64,000 bases of DNA from assembly GCA_937888905.1 (NCBI GenBank), contig CALATA010000001.1:421467-485466 (forward strand), in the 5' to 3' direction. This DNA is from an uncultured Sphingobacteriales bacterium. GTDB lineage: Bacteria > Bacteroidota > Bacteroidia > Chitinophagales > Chitinophagaceae. This document shows, piece after piece, positions 34,742 through 44,525 of this stretch; position 1 is the first letter of the stretch, and each line of letters begins with the position of its first letter. The translations under genes were made by a program, and so were the position numbers. A model generated the notes under the pieces. That model was not told the origin of the DNA, made no database searches, and saw only the letters and a program-made list of their open reading frames with translations.

Positions 34742-36967
34742 ATGAGTTACCCTGTTGTCAACCTGACAAACTGTGATAAGGAACCTATCCATATACTTGG
34801 TAAAGTGCAGGCGCATGGCTTGCTGATCGCAGCCGACCGCATTTCTTTTGAAATTGCTTATATCAGTGAAAACTGCAAAGAGTTCACCGGGCTCGACGCA
34901 GCACCGCTGCTGGGACATACGCTGTCCTATTTTTTTGACACCTTATACAAAGACAATCCCGAGCAGACATATGCACAGGTGATCCGCTTTGGACTTACAC
35001 AAGGCCTGGACAATCTCAATCCCATCAAGCTGCAACTGAAAGGAAAATTGTTTCACCTGATCCTGCATACCAGTGATCGTTTTATCGTACTGGAATTTGA
35101 ACCTACTTCTCCTGATATCGATTCGCAACTGCAACAACTAGTCGGTTCTTCCCTTACACAGATACTGGAAGGTGGCACCCTGCAGGAAACATTGCAACGC
35201 GCGGCGCGCCAGATCAAAGAACTCATCCGCTACGACCGCGTGATGATCTACAAATTCTGGGAAGACGGTCACGGCGAAGTGGTAGCCGAAGAACACGCCG
35301 AGGGGCTCGAACCTTTTATGGGACTGCATTATCCGGCTTCAGATATTCCCCGGCAGGCGCGTGAACTTTACAAGATCAATCTCACCCGCATCATTGCTGA
35401 TGTTGATGCCGAACCTTCTGGCATTCTCACCATGCCGGATGAAAAAGATAAACCGCTCGACCTTACACATTCCTCCATCCGCGCTGTATCGACCATTCAT
35501 ATCCAGTATCTCAAAAACATGGGTGTGCAGGCGAGCTTCAGCGTATCGTTAATAGCGAATGATGAATTGTGGGGGTTAATCGCCTGTCATAATTATACAC
35601 CGCGTTTCATCGATTATAAAGCACGGCAGCACGCAAAGCTCATTGGTCAGGTCCTTTCTTCTTCTATTCAATACCGCGAAGGACAAGAAGACCGCGAAGA
35701 GAGCCAGGCTTTTCGCAACGCATCCGATGACATTATCCGTCGCATGCAGAAAGACTGGAGTCTTGTAGATGCAGTGATCAATCAGAAAAATTTCCTGCTG
35801 CGCATCACCAATGCTACCAGCGCCGCATTGATTTTTGAAGGAAAAATTTATCGCGTGGGCGATGCGCCTTCGGAGGAACAGATCCAGGGAATCGTTGAAT
35901 GGCTGCAATCCGGCAACAAGCGCAATCTTTATCATACCAATCATCTTACCGCTTTATATTCTCCCGCAGATGCTTTCCGCGATAAAGGAAGCGGTCTGCT
36001 GGCCTGTGCCATTTCAAAGGAACTGGGGGAATACATTCTTTTCTTTAAACCAGAGATCATCACTACGGTGAAATGGGCCGGTAATCCGGAAAAACCCCTC
36101 GCAACGGATGATTCCGGCGCACTGGTCCTTTCTCCGCGCCGCTCATTTGAAGTATGGTCGCAACAAGTGGAGGGCACATCGGAGAAATGGAGTAAGGCTG
36201 AATTGAATGCCGTTTTCAAATTCCGCGAAGACCTGGTGCATTTCATCAACCTCAAGGCAAATGAAATACGCAAACTGAATGAAAAACTGAAAGAGGCATA
36301 CGATGAACTCGATACGTTCAGTTTCACCATTTCCCATGATCTCAAAACGCCGATCGCTTCGATCAAGAACTACGCAGAGATCATGCTGGAGGACAATACA
36401 CAGCTTGACGAGCAGAATAAACATTTTCTCAACCGTATTATTATCAGCGCCGATAAAATGAATACGCTTATCCGCGAGGTGCTGGAATATTCGCGTGTAA
36501 GCAGAACGTTGTTGCAGAAACAGCGTATCGAAATGGAGCCGGTGATCAGGGAAATCACTTCCGAGCTGGTTGCCGCTTACAAGGTCCATAACCTCGATTT
36601 AACCATCAATGGCACCCCCGGCATACTCGGCGACCGCGTGATGCTGACGCAGGTATTTACCAATCTGCTCAGTAACGCTATAAAATATTCCTCCCGGTCC
36701 AAGCCGCCAAAAGTGACGATAGAGGGCAAAGAAGAAGAAACGCAGGTGATCTACAGCATCCGCGACAACGGCGTAGGGATCGACATGAATTACGGCGGAC
36801 ATATCTTCGAATTATTCAAACGGATGGACAATGTGAAGGAATACGAGGGGTCCGGAGTGGGACTCGCCATTGTCAAAAGAATCATGGAAAAGCACAATGC
36901 CCGGATTTGGTACGAAAGCGAACCCGGTACTGGCACAATATTTTATCTATCATTCGAAAAGGATTGA
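34742..36967 (+). CDS. bphP: Bacteriophytochrome histidine kinase (PAS-GAF-PHY-HisKA-HATPase)
   Basis: N-terminal NCDKEPIHILGKVQAHG with conserved biliverdin-binding Cys. GAF/PHY core present. H-box ISHDLKTPIASIKNYAEIM and ATPase G-boxes. Confidence 0.9.
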   Translation: MSYPVVNLTNCDKEPIHILGKVQAHGLLIAADRISFEIAYISENCKEFTGLDAAPLLGHTLSYFFDTLYKDNPEQTYAQVIRFGLTQGLDNLNPIKLQLKGKLFHLILHTSDRFIVLEFEPTSPDIDSQLQQLVGSSLTQILEGGTLQETLQRAARQIKELIRYDRVMIYKFWEDGHGEVVAEEHAEGLEPFMGLHYPASDIPRQARELYKINLTRIIADVDAEPSGILTMPDEKDKPLDLTHSSIRAVSTIHIQYLKNMGVQASFSVSLIANDELWGLIACHNYTPRFIDYKARQHAKLIGQVLSSSIQYREGQEDREESQAFRNASDDIIRRMQKDWSLVDAVINQKNFLLRITNATSAALIFEGKIYRVGDAPSEEQIQGIVEWLQSGNKRNLYHTNHLTALYSPADAFRDKGSGLLACAISKELGEYILFFKPEIITTVKWAGNPEKPLATDDSGALVLSPRRSFEVWSQQVEGTSEKWSKAELNAVFKFREDLVHFINLKANEIRKLNEKLKEAYDELDTFSFTISHDLKTPIASIKNYAEIMLEDNTQLDEQNKHFLNRIIISADKMNTLIREVLEYSRVSRTLLQKQRIEMEPVIREITSELVAAYKVHNLDLTINGTPGILGDRVMLTQVFTNLLSNAIKYSSRSKPPKVTIEGKEEETQVIYSIRDNGVGIDMNYGGHIFELFKRMDNVKEYEGSGVGLAIVKRIMEKHNARIWYESEPGTGTIFYLSFEKD

Positions 36968-36969
36968 AC

Positions 36970-37404
36970 ATGAAAGCTACCGACATCCTTTACATCGAGG
37001 ACAATGAGGATTACATCCAATTTGTAAAACGGGCCGTAAGCAAGATCAATACGGACCTGAGCTTCAATGTATTAATGGATGGGAAGAACACCCTGGAATT
37101 TATCGAAGGAGTGGGCGCTGCTAAGCCGCTGCCCCGGTTAATTCTCCTGGATATCAATCTTCCCGATTACAACGGCCTTGATCTGCTGGCCAAGATACGC
37201 TCCAACAAAGCGACACGTTATATTCCGGTCGTAATGTTTTCGTCTTCTGAGAATCAGAAAGATATGATGAAGGCATTTGACGGGGGCGCCAACGCCTATC
37301 TCGTTAAGCCAATGGGACTTACGCCGCTTACGGAGACGCTCCAGAGCATCTGCAACTTCTGGCTTAATCACAATCAACTACCCGTAGACAATTTTGCTGC
37401 ATGA
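36970..37404 (+). CDS. Single-domain response regulator (CheY-like receiver)
   Basis: Start at MKATDILYIEDNEDY. Conserved Asp in LILLDINLPDYNG and K in LVKP. The ORF-track extension upstream overlaps the bphP end. Confidence 0.8.
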   Translation: MKATDILYIEDNEDYIQFVKRAVSKINTDLSFNVLMDGKNTLEFIEGVGAAKPLPRLILLDINLPDYNGLDLLAKIRSNKATRYIPVVMFSSSENQKDMMKAFDGGANAYLVKPMGLTPLTETLQSICNFWLNHNQLPVDNFAA

Positions 37405-37757
37405 TGAAAAAGCTCTACATTATCGATGATGATAGTGATTTTCTGGAGATTGCTACCCACATTTTTAGAAAAGATTATGATCTTTTAACCGCGTCGTCGC
37501 TCGACATCCCGGAGTTGTCGCTGTTCCGCCCCGATCTTATCCTGATGGATAATGCCGTGGGAAGGGAGCGGGCTTCGCATATGATTGGGGAAATGTATGA
37601 TAAAATTCCCCTTTTTGCGACCCCGATTATACTCGTTTCGGGGCATCATGATATCAACAGTCTTGCTACCATAAAAGGTATTGTAGGTGTTATACAAAAA
37701 CCCGCCAGCGTTCAGGAAATCCGGACTTGTGTCTCGGATTTCTTTTTTAATAGCTGA
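37401..37757 (+). CDS. Receiver-domain protein (second single-domain response regulator, divergent)
   Basis: 118 aa, YIIDDDSDFLEIATHIF...LILMDNAVG...ILVSGHHD. Overlaps the previous gene by 4 nt. Confidence 0.65.
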   Translation: MMKKLYIIDDDSDFLEIATHIFRKDYDLLTASSLDIPELSLFRPDLILMDNAVGRERASHMIGEMYDKIPLFATPIILVSGHHDINSLATIKGIVGVIQKPASVQEIRTCVSDFFFNS

Positions 37758-37762
37758 TCGCC

Positions 37763-39025
37763 TTACACTTTTACATAGATCTTTTTGCGGTCCATCCAGT
37801 AACAAATCGCCCACATCAGCAGTATCACACAGAGTGCATAAGCCAGCGATCCGTTTTCCGGTGCGCCCGGTACGTATTGCAATACTTTTTTGTACAACCA
37901 GTTCCACGGATTCACACCGTCGCCAAGCCTGATCAGGGAAAGCGTCTTCGGCAGAAACGCACTTAAGGCAAATACGAACAGGGCATTTTTTCCAAACACA
38001 TCAAAGAATCGCGTCAGTCCACCGCGCCATTTTTTTATCTCGATAAGATAAATCATGGTGGCCAGTGTCAGTAAAGCCAACCCTGTTGTATAAATGGTAT
38101 AGGAGCTTGTCCATATTTTTTTGTTGATGGGAAATACGGTGTCCCAGCAAAAACCTGTCACCAGCAACCCTACGCTGATCACAAATAATCCGGTGAGCAT
38201 CGGGTAAAGTCCTTTGGGTTGTCCGCTTTGTTCACGCTCAAATGCCGCGAGTTCGGGCGTGCTGGTTTTACTGTTGCGGCGGATATAATCGCCGGCCAGG
38301 TAGCCGAAGATCACCTGCACTACTGCGGGTATCGTGCTTACTAATCCTTCCGGATCGAAAGGCATTCCTTCTCCTTTATAGATATGTGCACGGCCAAGTA
38401 TGCTGATGTCGATGTTGGTTCCAAACCATCCTTTCAGGCTGTATGGATCGGCCGGATTGCCGGCGATGCAGAGTGCCCAGTATATCAATAATAAGATCAG
38501 TCCGCCGAGAAATGCGCCGCGTTGTTTACCATAATAAACAATTACGGCCGCCAGCAGGTAACAAACGGCGATGCGTTGCAACACGCCGAAAATGCGTACG
38601 CCACTGGCCGGATTATTCGGATCAACCCATGGACGGAATACCAATTCCCCTTCGCTCCATTTTACAAAAGGCAGCCAGTTGAGGAAAAGACCGATGGCGA
38701 AAATGATCACTGCTCTTTTCAATACTTTCTTCCAGAACACGGCGGGTCCGGCCGCTTCGAGGCGTGGCAATACAAAAGCCATGGCATTGCCTACGGCAAA
38801 AAGAAAAAACGGAAACACCAGGTCGGTAGGCGTGAGCCCATGCCAGGCCGCATGTTTCAGCGGCGCATACATGTGCGACCAGCTACCGGGATTGTTTACC
38901 AGTATCATGAGGCAAACAGTGGCGCCGCGGAATACGTCGAGGGAGTAGAATCGTTGGTTCAATCGTCTTTTTGCTTTAAATGTAAGTAATAAATAAAGTA
39001 GATTTGACTTTCTGAAACGATTCAT
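37763..39025 (-). CDS. Membrane acyltransferase family protein (DUF5009/HGSNAT-like)
   Basis: YSLDVFRGATVCLMILVNNPGSWSHMYAPLKHAAWHGLTPTDLVFPFFLF motif and ~11 TM segments. Start set at MNRFRKS (39025). ORF track extends to 39136. Confidence 0.6.
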   Translation of the reverse strand: MNRFRKSNLLYLLLTFKAKRRLNQRFYSLDVFRGATVCLMILVNNPGSWSHMYAPLKHAAWHGLTPTDLVFPFFLFAVGNAMAFVLPRLEAAGPAVFWKKVLKRAVIIFAIGLFLNWLPFVKWSEGELVFRPWVDPNNPASGVRIFGVLQRIAVCYLLAAVIVYYGKQRGAFLGGLILLLIYWALCIAGNPADPYSLKGWFGTNIDISILGRAHIYKGEGMPFDPEGLVSTIPAVVQVIFGYLAGDYIRRNSKTSTPELAAFEREQSGQPKGLYPMLTGLFVISVGLLVTGFCWDTVFPINKKIWTSSYTIYTTGLALLTLATMIYLIEIKKWRGGLTRFFDVFGKNALFVFALSAFLPKTLSLIRLGDGVNPWNWLYKKVLQYVPGAPENGSLAYALCVILLMWAICYWMDRKKIYVKV

Positions 39026-39043
39026 TTGAATTCGTGCGGCATT

Positions 39044-39646
39044 ATGCAGGACACTTCTTACTTTGTTCATTCTTCGGCAGTTATCGACGCAGGAGCCAGC
39101 ATTGGTGCCGGGTCGAAAGTCTGGCATTTCACCCATATCATGCCTTCTTCGGAGATCGGTGAAAATTGTATTATCGGCCAGAATGTTTTCATCGACCGCA
39201 GGGTGAAAATCGGCAACGGCGTAAAAATCCAGAACAATGTGTCCGTGTACCAGGGAGTGACGCTGGAAGACGATGTTTTTCTCGGACCCTCCATGGTTTT
39301 TACCAACGTGATCAATCCGCGCAGTTTCATTGAGCGGAAGACCGAGTTCCGGCCAACGCTTGTTTGCCGGGGCGCTACCATCGGCGCCAATGCCACTATT
39401 CTGTGCGGAATCGAGGTCGGGGAGTACGCCCTGATCGGCGCCGGAGCGGTAGTGACCAGGACGGTGCCACCCTTTGCCCTCATCACCGGCAACCCCGGAA
39501 AAAGAACGGGCTGGGTAAGCAAAGCTGGTATCACCTTGGAATTCAACGACAAGGGAGAGGCTTCCTGCCCCGAATCCGGCGAGAAATACCTGCTCACCGG
39601 CGAAGCGGTTATCAATGTTTTACCTTCGCCCGGCCAGAAAGGGTAA
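39044..39646 (+). CDS. Left-handed beta-helix (hexapeptide repeat) N-acetyltransferase, sugar-nucleotide acetyltransferase-like
   Basis: Hexapeptide repeats IGAGSKV/IGENCIIGQNVFI/IGNGVKIQNN. ~200 aa. ATG start at MQDTSYF. Confidence 0.75.
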   Translation: MQDTSYFVHSSAVIDAGASIGAGSKVWHFTHIMPSSEIGENCIIGQNVFIDRRVKIGNGVKIQNNVSVYQGVTLEDDVFLGPSMVFTNVINPRSFIERKTEFRPTLVCRGATIGANATILCGIEVGEYALIGAGAVVTRTVPPFALITGNPGKRTGWVSKAGITLEFNDKGEASCPESGEKYLLTGEAVINVLPSPGQKG

Positions 39647-39697
39647 CCCGCTCGTTATCTGCCTATTTTATTGTTTTTCCAGTCCCAAGCTTCCCGT

Positions 39698-39705
39698 TAT
39701 ATTTG
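39698..39705 (+). promoter_or_regulatory. Bacteroidota -7 promoter element TATATTTG giving a ~115-nt leader to upxY
   Basis: Matches TAnnTTTG. A long untranslated leader is typical of UpxY-led polysaccharide loci. Confidence 0.4.
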
Positions 39706-39820
39706 CACACCTGAAATACAGTATACGCTTAATTTAAGGGGTGCTGTGTGCAGTTGCCAACTTGGTCAAAAAAGAAAAACACATGTGACTGAGAGGGCGG
39801 AGCCATGCAAAGCAACAGCG

Positions 39821-40312
39821 ATGTCAAAAAAATGGTTGGCAGTATATAGTCGCCCGCGATGGGAAAAAAAAGTCGATCGACTTTTAGCCGAGAAAGGAAT
39901 CGAGAGCTATTGCCCGCTCAACAAGATCCGCCGCAAGTGGAGCGACCGACTGAAACTGGTAGAAGAACCGCTGTTCAAATCCTATGTTTTTGTAAAGGTG
40001 GAAGATGCCGATCGTACAGCTGTGCGCATGACACCCGGTGTGCTCAATTTTGTCTACTGGGATGGCAAGCCTGCCGTGATCCGCGAGAAAGAAATCCAGG
40101 CCATCCGCCGCTTCCTCGATGAATACGAAAACGTAGAGATCATTCCCATGGACCTTTCACCCGATCAGCGGGTAAAAGTAACCGGTGGTGTGTTGATGGA
40201 CCAGGAAGGCAAAATACTCCGGGTCAACCGCAAAATTGCGAAAGTGGCTATCGATAGTCTCGGCTACATTTTGATCGCCCATATTGAAAGAACTAAACTA
40301 ACTTCGGCCTAG
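39821..40312 (+). CDS. upxY: UpxY-family (NusG-like, KOW domain) transcription antiterminator
   Basis: Start at MSKKWLAVYSRPRWEKKV (ATG 39821), NGN/KOW-type sequence. Heads a polysaccharide locus. Confidence 0.75.
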   Translation: MSKKWLAVYSRPRWEKKVDRLLAEKGIESYCPLNKIRRKWSDRLKLVEEPLFKSYVFVKVEDADRTAVRMTPGVLNFVYWDGKPAVIREKEIQAIRRFLDEYENVEIIPMDLSPDQRVKVTGGVLMDQEGKILRVNRKIAKVAIDSLGYILIAHIERTKLTSA

Positions 40313-40342
40313 CCGGAAAACTATTAAATTCTTTACTGGATA

Positions 40343-41119
40343 ATGAAAATTCCAAGACTTCTTGTACTGTTTGCGTTTTCCATTGCTCTTTTTTCCTGCA
40401 GTACGCAAAAAAGAGTGCCTAATTACCTGGATCAGGTAAAAGATACCACGGGGCTCGGCGAAGTGAAATTTCCTGAAATCCGTATTCAGAAAAATGACCT
40501 GCTCTCCATCCAGGTTTACAGCGACGCTACCGATCCTACCGTTGATCAGAATTACAACCTGCCCATTGCTTCCGGTACTTCCGTGTCTACACTCGGAGGT
40601 TTTCTCGTTGATGCCTACGGCAATATACAATATCCCAAGCTCGGAACCTTTCATGCAGAAGGACTGACCAAACAGGAACTGGCAGAACAGATCCGCAAGA
40701 AACTCGTTGAACCTGTGGAATTGCTCAAAAATCCGGTGGTGATCATCCGCTTTTCCGGCTACCGTGTATCGGTACTCGGCGAGGTGAACGCACAGAATTC
40801 CTACAGCATTCCCGGAGAAAAAGTAACCATACTGGAAGCCATTGCGCTGGCTGGCGGTATGACCGAATTTGGTAAAAAAGAAACCATACGCATACAACGC
40901 GAAGTGAACGGAAAACGTGAAGTAGGGATGGTCGATCTCACTTCTCCCGAATTGTACGCATCACCCTATTATCACCTCATGCAGAATGATGTGGTGATAG
41001 TTGAACCCTCTAAACGTAAACAGAAACAACAAGATCAGACCGCTACCTTTCAGCGTATAAGCCTTGCTGTTTCACTGGCATCCGTGGCTGCAACCATCTA
41101 CGTGATCCTCAGCCGATAA
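40343..41119 (+). CDS. wza: Polysaccharide export outer-membrane lipoprotein (Wza-like, Poly_export + SLBB)
   Basis: Lipobox LFSC. IQKNDLLSIQVY and YRVSVLGEVN motifs typical of Wza/KpsD-like export proteins. Confidence 0.85.
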   Translation: MKIPRLLVLFAFSIALFSCSTQKRVPNYLDQVKDTTGLGEVKFPEIRIQKNDLLSIQVYSDATDPTVDQNYNLPIASGTSVSTLGGFLVDAYGNIQYPKLGTFHAEGLTKQELAEQIRKKLVEPVELLKNPVVIIRFSGYRVSVLGEVNAQNSYSIPGEKVTILEAIALAGGMTEFGKKETIRIQREVNGKREVGMVDLTSPELYASPYYHLMQNDVVIVEPSKRKQKQQDQTATFQRISLAVSLASVAATIYVILSR

Positions 41120-41145
41120 TTTTACGCATTAACTAACCAACTTAC

Positions 41146-43545
41146 ATGGACGACCAGCAGATAGGCAAAACAAGAAGTGATCTAGCGAACCTGAGTGTAA
41201 AAGATATTTTCTTTAAATACGCCAGGCTCATACCTGTATTTATTTTCTCCGTAGCCGTTGCATTACTGGGCGCTTACGTTTACCTGCGTTACGCCACCCG
41301 TATCTACAGCGCTTCGGGAACAATGATCATCAACAACGAACGCAAGTCAGGTTCGAGCGGAGACCGTGCCGAAGATATCCTCTATGGAAATTCCAGCAGA
41401 AGTCAGAACCTGCAAAATGAAATTCAGATCCTGCGCTCGGTTCCGCTGATGACACGTGTGGTCAATAAACTCGACCTCTCTTTTTCTTACAAAGCACAGG
41501 GCCGCATCAAAGACCTGAATATCTATAAACAATCGCCATTCAGAATCGAAGCCCTTCAGATAGCCGACTCCGGCCATAGCTTTACGTTTACTATCCGCTT
41601 CTTATCAAAAGACCGCTTCCGGTTTAACAATGAAAAAGACCTGCAGTTCGGTGAAGTCTTTAAAAATTCATTCGGCATGTTCCGGATGGTCAGACTTTTT
41701 GATCCGGAAGTAGGGCCTGAATATACCGCTACCTGGAAACCGGCCATGACAGTAGCCGCCGAACTGATCAACGACCTGAAAGTACAACCAACTATTGCCG
41801 GAACAGGTATACTTGGCGTAAGCCTGCAAAGTACCAGTCCCATGATGGCAGCCGACGTGGTGAACACGCTGATGTCGGAATACGATTCGATGACCATCGA
41901 GCAAAACAACTACTCCACGGATCAGATGCTCGGGTTTATTGATACACGACTGGCTATCCTCAACGGCGAACTTGACAGCGCACAACAACGCCTGCTTGAG
42001 TACCAGCAGAAAGAAAATCTTGTGGACGTAGACCTGCAGTCCAACGCATTCTTTGCAAAGATCACGGAAGCGGATAAAGACGCTGATGCAAAAGACATGC
42101 AACTGTCCGTTGCAAGATTGATCGAAGATTATCTGGGTGATAAAAAGAACAGATTCAGCCGCGTGGTGGTGCCTTCCTCACTCGGACTCGACGATATTAC
42201 GCTCAACCGCCTGGTGAGCAGTTACAACGATCTGCAGATCGAACGCCAGCGCCTGCTCGATGGAAACGTTCCGGTAGAGAACCCGCGCATTAAAGAACTC
42301 GAAGGGGGCATTGAAAAACTCAGGGAAAGCCTGCTGGAGAATGTGACCAACATCAAAAGATCTTTCACGCTCGAGGTAAATGCCCTGCGCAACCGCGCCG
42401 AACTCAGCCGCAGCGCAGTAAATAAACTTCCGTTTAAAGTAAAGGAGTATGTTGAACTGAAACGCCAGGTGGATGTAAAGCTCGATCTCGTGAAAACGCT
42501 GCAGGGCAAACGCGAAGAAGCAGCCATCTCACGCGCTTCCACTATTTCAAATTCCAAAGTAATTGAAAAGGCTTCCCTGCCGGTAACGCCCGTAAAACCC
42601 GAGCGCCGCCTCATCCAGTTGCTAGCCATCGCGATCGGTCTTGCCATACCCGCACTCGTCGTGTTCATCAAAGAAGTACTTAACGACAAGGTAAATACCC
42701 GCAACGATATCGAACGCATCACCGAAACACCGATACTCGGAGAAGTAGGGCACTCCTTCAACGATAAAGTACTGATCGTAAACAAAACCAGCCGCAGCAT
42801 GGTGGCCGAGCAATTCAGGATACTGCGCTCCAACCTGCAGTATATACTGAGCAAAACGGAAAAGCCGGTTATCATGGTCACTTCTTCCTTCAGCGGAGAA
42901 GGTAAGTCCTTTGTAAGTACCAATATGGGGGCTGTACTGGCACTCACCGGCAAGAAAACAGTGATACTTGAGTTCGATATCCGTAAACCAAAAGTATTAT
43001 CCGGATTGAACATGTCGAAGAAGCCGGGTATCACGAATTACCTGGTAGGGAAAGGGGAACTCGATCAACTGATTATTCCTGTTCCCGAAACGGAAAATCT
43101 TTTTGTACTGCCTTGCGGACCTATTCCTCCGAATCCTTCTGAAATATTGCTGGATAACCGTGTGGCCGAAATGTTCGCTTACCTCAAAGCCAAATTCGAT
43201 GTGGTGATCATCGATACTGCACCGGTAGGTATGGTGAGCGATGCCATGACACTTGGAAAATTTGCCGACTGTACTATTTACCTCGTACGCCAGGAACATA
43301 CACATAAACGTCAGATCGCACTCATCGATGAGTTTTACAAGGAAAAGAAACTTCCCCGTATTTCCATTGTGGTCAATGATGTAAAAATGAAAGCGGGCTA
43401 CGGTTATTATGGTTCCGGCCGTTACGGATACGGTTATGGATACGGCACCGATAATTCTTACTACGAAGAAGAAGCAGGACCTAAAACCTTCCTGGAAAAA
43501 GTGATCGATACACTGGACGTCCGTAAATGGTTTAAAAAGAAATAA
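41146..43545 (+). CDS. wzc: Polysaccharide co-polymerase / tyrosine autokinase (Wzc-like) with Tyr-rich C-terminus
   Basis: Wzz-type N-terminal domain with two TM helices. Walker A SSFSGEGKSF. C-terminal GYGYYGSGRYGYGYGYG tyrosine cluster. Confidence 0.85.
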   Translation: MDDQQIGKTRSDLANLSVKDIFFKYARLIPVFIFSVAVALLGAYVYLRYATRIYSASGTMIINNERKSGSSGDRAEDILYGNSSRSQNLQNEIQILRSVPLMTRVVNKLDLSFSYKAQGRIKDLNIYKQSPFRIEALQIADSGHSFTFTIRFLSKDRFRFNNEKDLQFGEVFKNSFGMFRMVRLFDPEVGPEYTATWKPAMTVAAELINDLKVQPTIAGTGILGVSLQSTSPMMAADVVNTLMSEYDSMTIEQNNYSTDQMLGFIDTRLAILNGELDSAQQRLLEYQQKENLVDVDLQSNAFFAKITEADKDADAKDMQLSVARLIEDYLGDKKNRFSRVVVPSSLGLDDITLNRLVSSYNDLQIERQRLLDGNVPVENPRIKELEGGIEKLRESLLENVTNIKRSFTLEVNALRNRAELSRSAVNKLPFKVKEYVELKRQVDVKLDLVKTLQGKREEAAISRASTISNSKVIEKASLPVTPVKPERRLIQLLAIAIGLAIPALVVFIKEVLNDKVNTRNDIERITETPILGEVGHSFNDKVLIVNKTSRSMVAEQFRILRSNLQYILSKTEKPVIMVTSSFSGEGKSFVSTNMGAVLALTGKKTVILEFDIRKPKVLSGLNMSKKPGITNYLVGKGELDQLIIPVPETENLFVLPCGPIPPNPSEILLDNRVAEMFAYLKAKFDVVIIDTAPVGMVSDAMTLGKFADCTIYLVRQEHTHKRQIALIDEFYKEKKLPRISIVVNDVKMKAGYGYYGSGRYGYGYGYGTDNSYYEEEAGPKTFLEKVIDTLDVRKWFKKK

Positions 43546-43551
43546 GTTTCG

Positions 43552-44511
43552 ATGAAAATTTTATTGACAGGTGGTGCAGGCTTTATTGGTTCCAATCTGG
43601 CCGACGGACTGCTGAATGACGATCGTGTAACGGAAGTACGTGTGCTCGATAACCTGAGCACGGGTTCCCTGGATAATATCAAACACCTGAACAAAGATCC
43701 CCGGTTTACTTTTATACAAGGTGACATCCGCGATTACGAAACCTGCCTGCAGGCCTGCGACGGCATCGACCGTATCACGCATCAGGCTGCCCTGGGCTCC
43801 GTACCGCGTTCCATCGCAGATCCGCTTACCAGTAATGCGGTGAACATTTCCGGCGCACTGAATGTATTTACTGCCGCCAAGGAAAAAGGGATCAAACGCA
43901 TCGTGTATGCAGCCAGTTCCTCTACTTACGGAGATCATCCCGGATTGCCGAAAATAGAAGATAAAATAGGCAACCCGCTTTCGCCTTATGCCGTTACGAA
44001 ATTTGTGAATGAGTTATATGCCCGCGTATATGGCCAGCTATATGGAATGGAATTCGTCGGACTGCGCTATTTCAACATATTTGGTCCGCGCCAGAATCCC
44101 AAAGGTCCTTATGCTGCCGTTATTCCCCTTTTTGTAAAAGCATTGATGAACAACGAAGCGCCGGTGATGAATGGTGATGGCGAACACAGCCGCGATTTCA
44201 CCTTTGTGGCCAATGCCGTTCAGGCCAATATCAAAGCGCTTTTCACGGAAAATAAAGAAGCCGTTAACCAGGTATATAATATCGCCTGCGGCGAAAGAAC
44301 CACACTCAACGAGTTATTTGCCATGCTGAAAGAAGAAGCAGGCAGTCAACTTAATCAGCTTTATGGTCCCGAGCGGGCCGGTGATGTAAAACACAGCCTG
44401 GCCGATATTTCAAAGGCAGGCGAGCTGCTCGGCTATACCGCTGCAGTTCCTATCCGCGAAGGATTAAAGCAAGCCTATCGCTGGTATGCTCAAAACCCCG
44501 ATCGTTTATAA
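43552..44511 (+). CDS. NAD-dependent sugar-nucleotide epimerase/dehydratase (WbpP/TviC-like UDP-sugar 4-epimerase)
   Basis: [10 protein letters not shown] Rossmann motif. YAVTK catalytic YxxxK. SDR-extended length. Confidence 0.8.
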   Translation: MKILLTGGAGFIGSNLADGLLNDDRVTEVRVLDNLSTGSLDNIKHLNKDPRFTFIQGDIRDYETCLQACDGIDRITHQAALGSVPRSIADPLTSNAVNISGALNVFTAAKEKGIKRIVYAASSSTYGDHPGLPKIEDKIGNPLSPYAVTKFVNELYARVYGQLYGMEFVGLRYFNIFGPRQNPKGPYAAVIPLFVKALMNNEAPVMNGDGEHSRDFTFVANAVQANIKALFTENKEAVNQVYNIACGERTTLNELFAMLKEEAGSQLNQLYGPERAGDVKHSLADISKAGELLGYTAAVPIREGLKQAYRWYAQNPDRL

Positions 44512-44525
44512 GCGTTCCTACTTTT

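Noticed and set aside
39781-39800. TPP riboswitch suggested by CTGAGAG in the upxY leader
   Set aside because: Only the short CUGAGA core is present. The flanking conserved helices of the THI element are absent, and the downstream gene is an antiterminator, not a thiamine gene.
42222-43034. 270-aa minus-strand ORF inside wzc, plus other long antisense ORFs (17535-18293, 40298-40897, 48563-49159)
   Set aside because: Each is opposite a gene with a strong family signature (Wzc, IspG, Wza, C-methyltransferase/reductase). Their translations are low-complexity (S/L/R-rich), typical of shadow ORFs.
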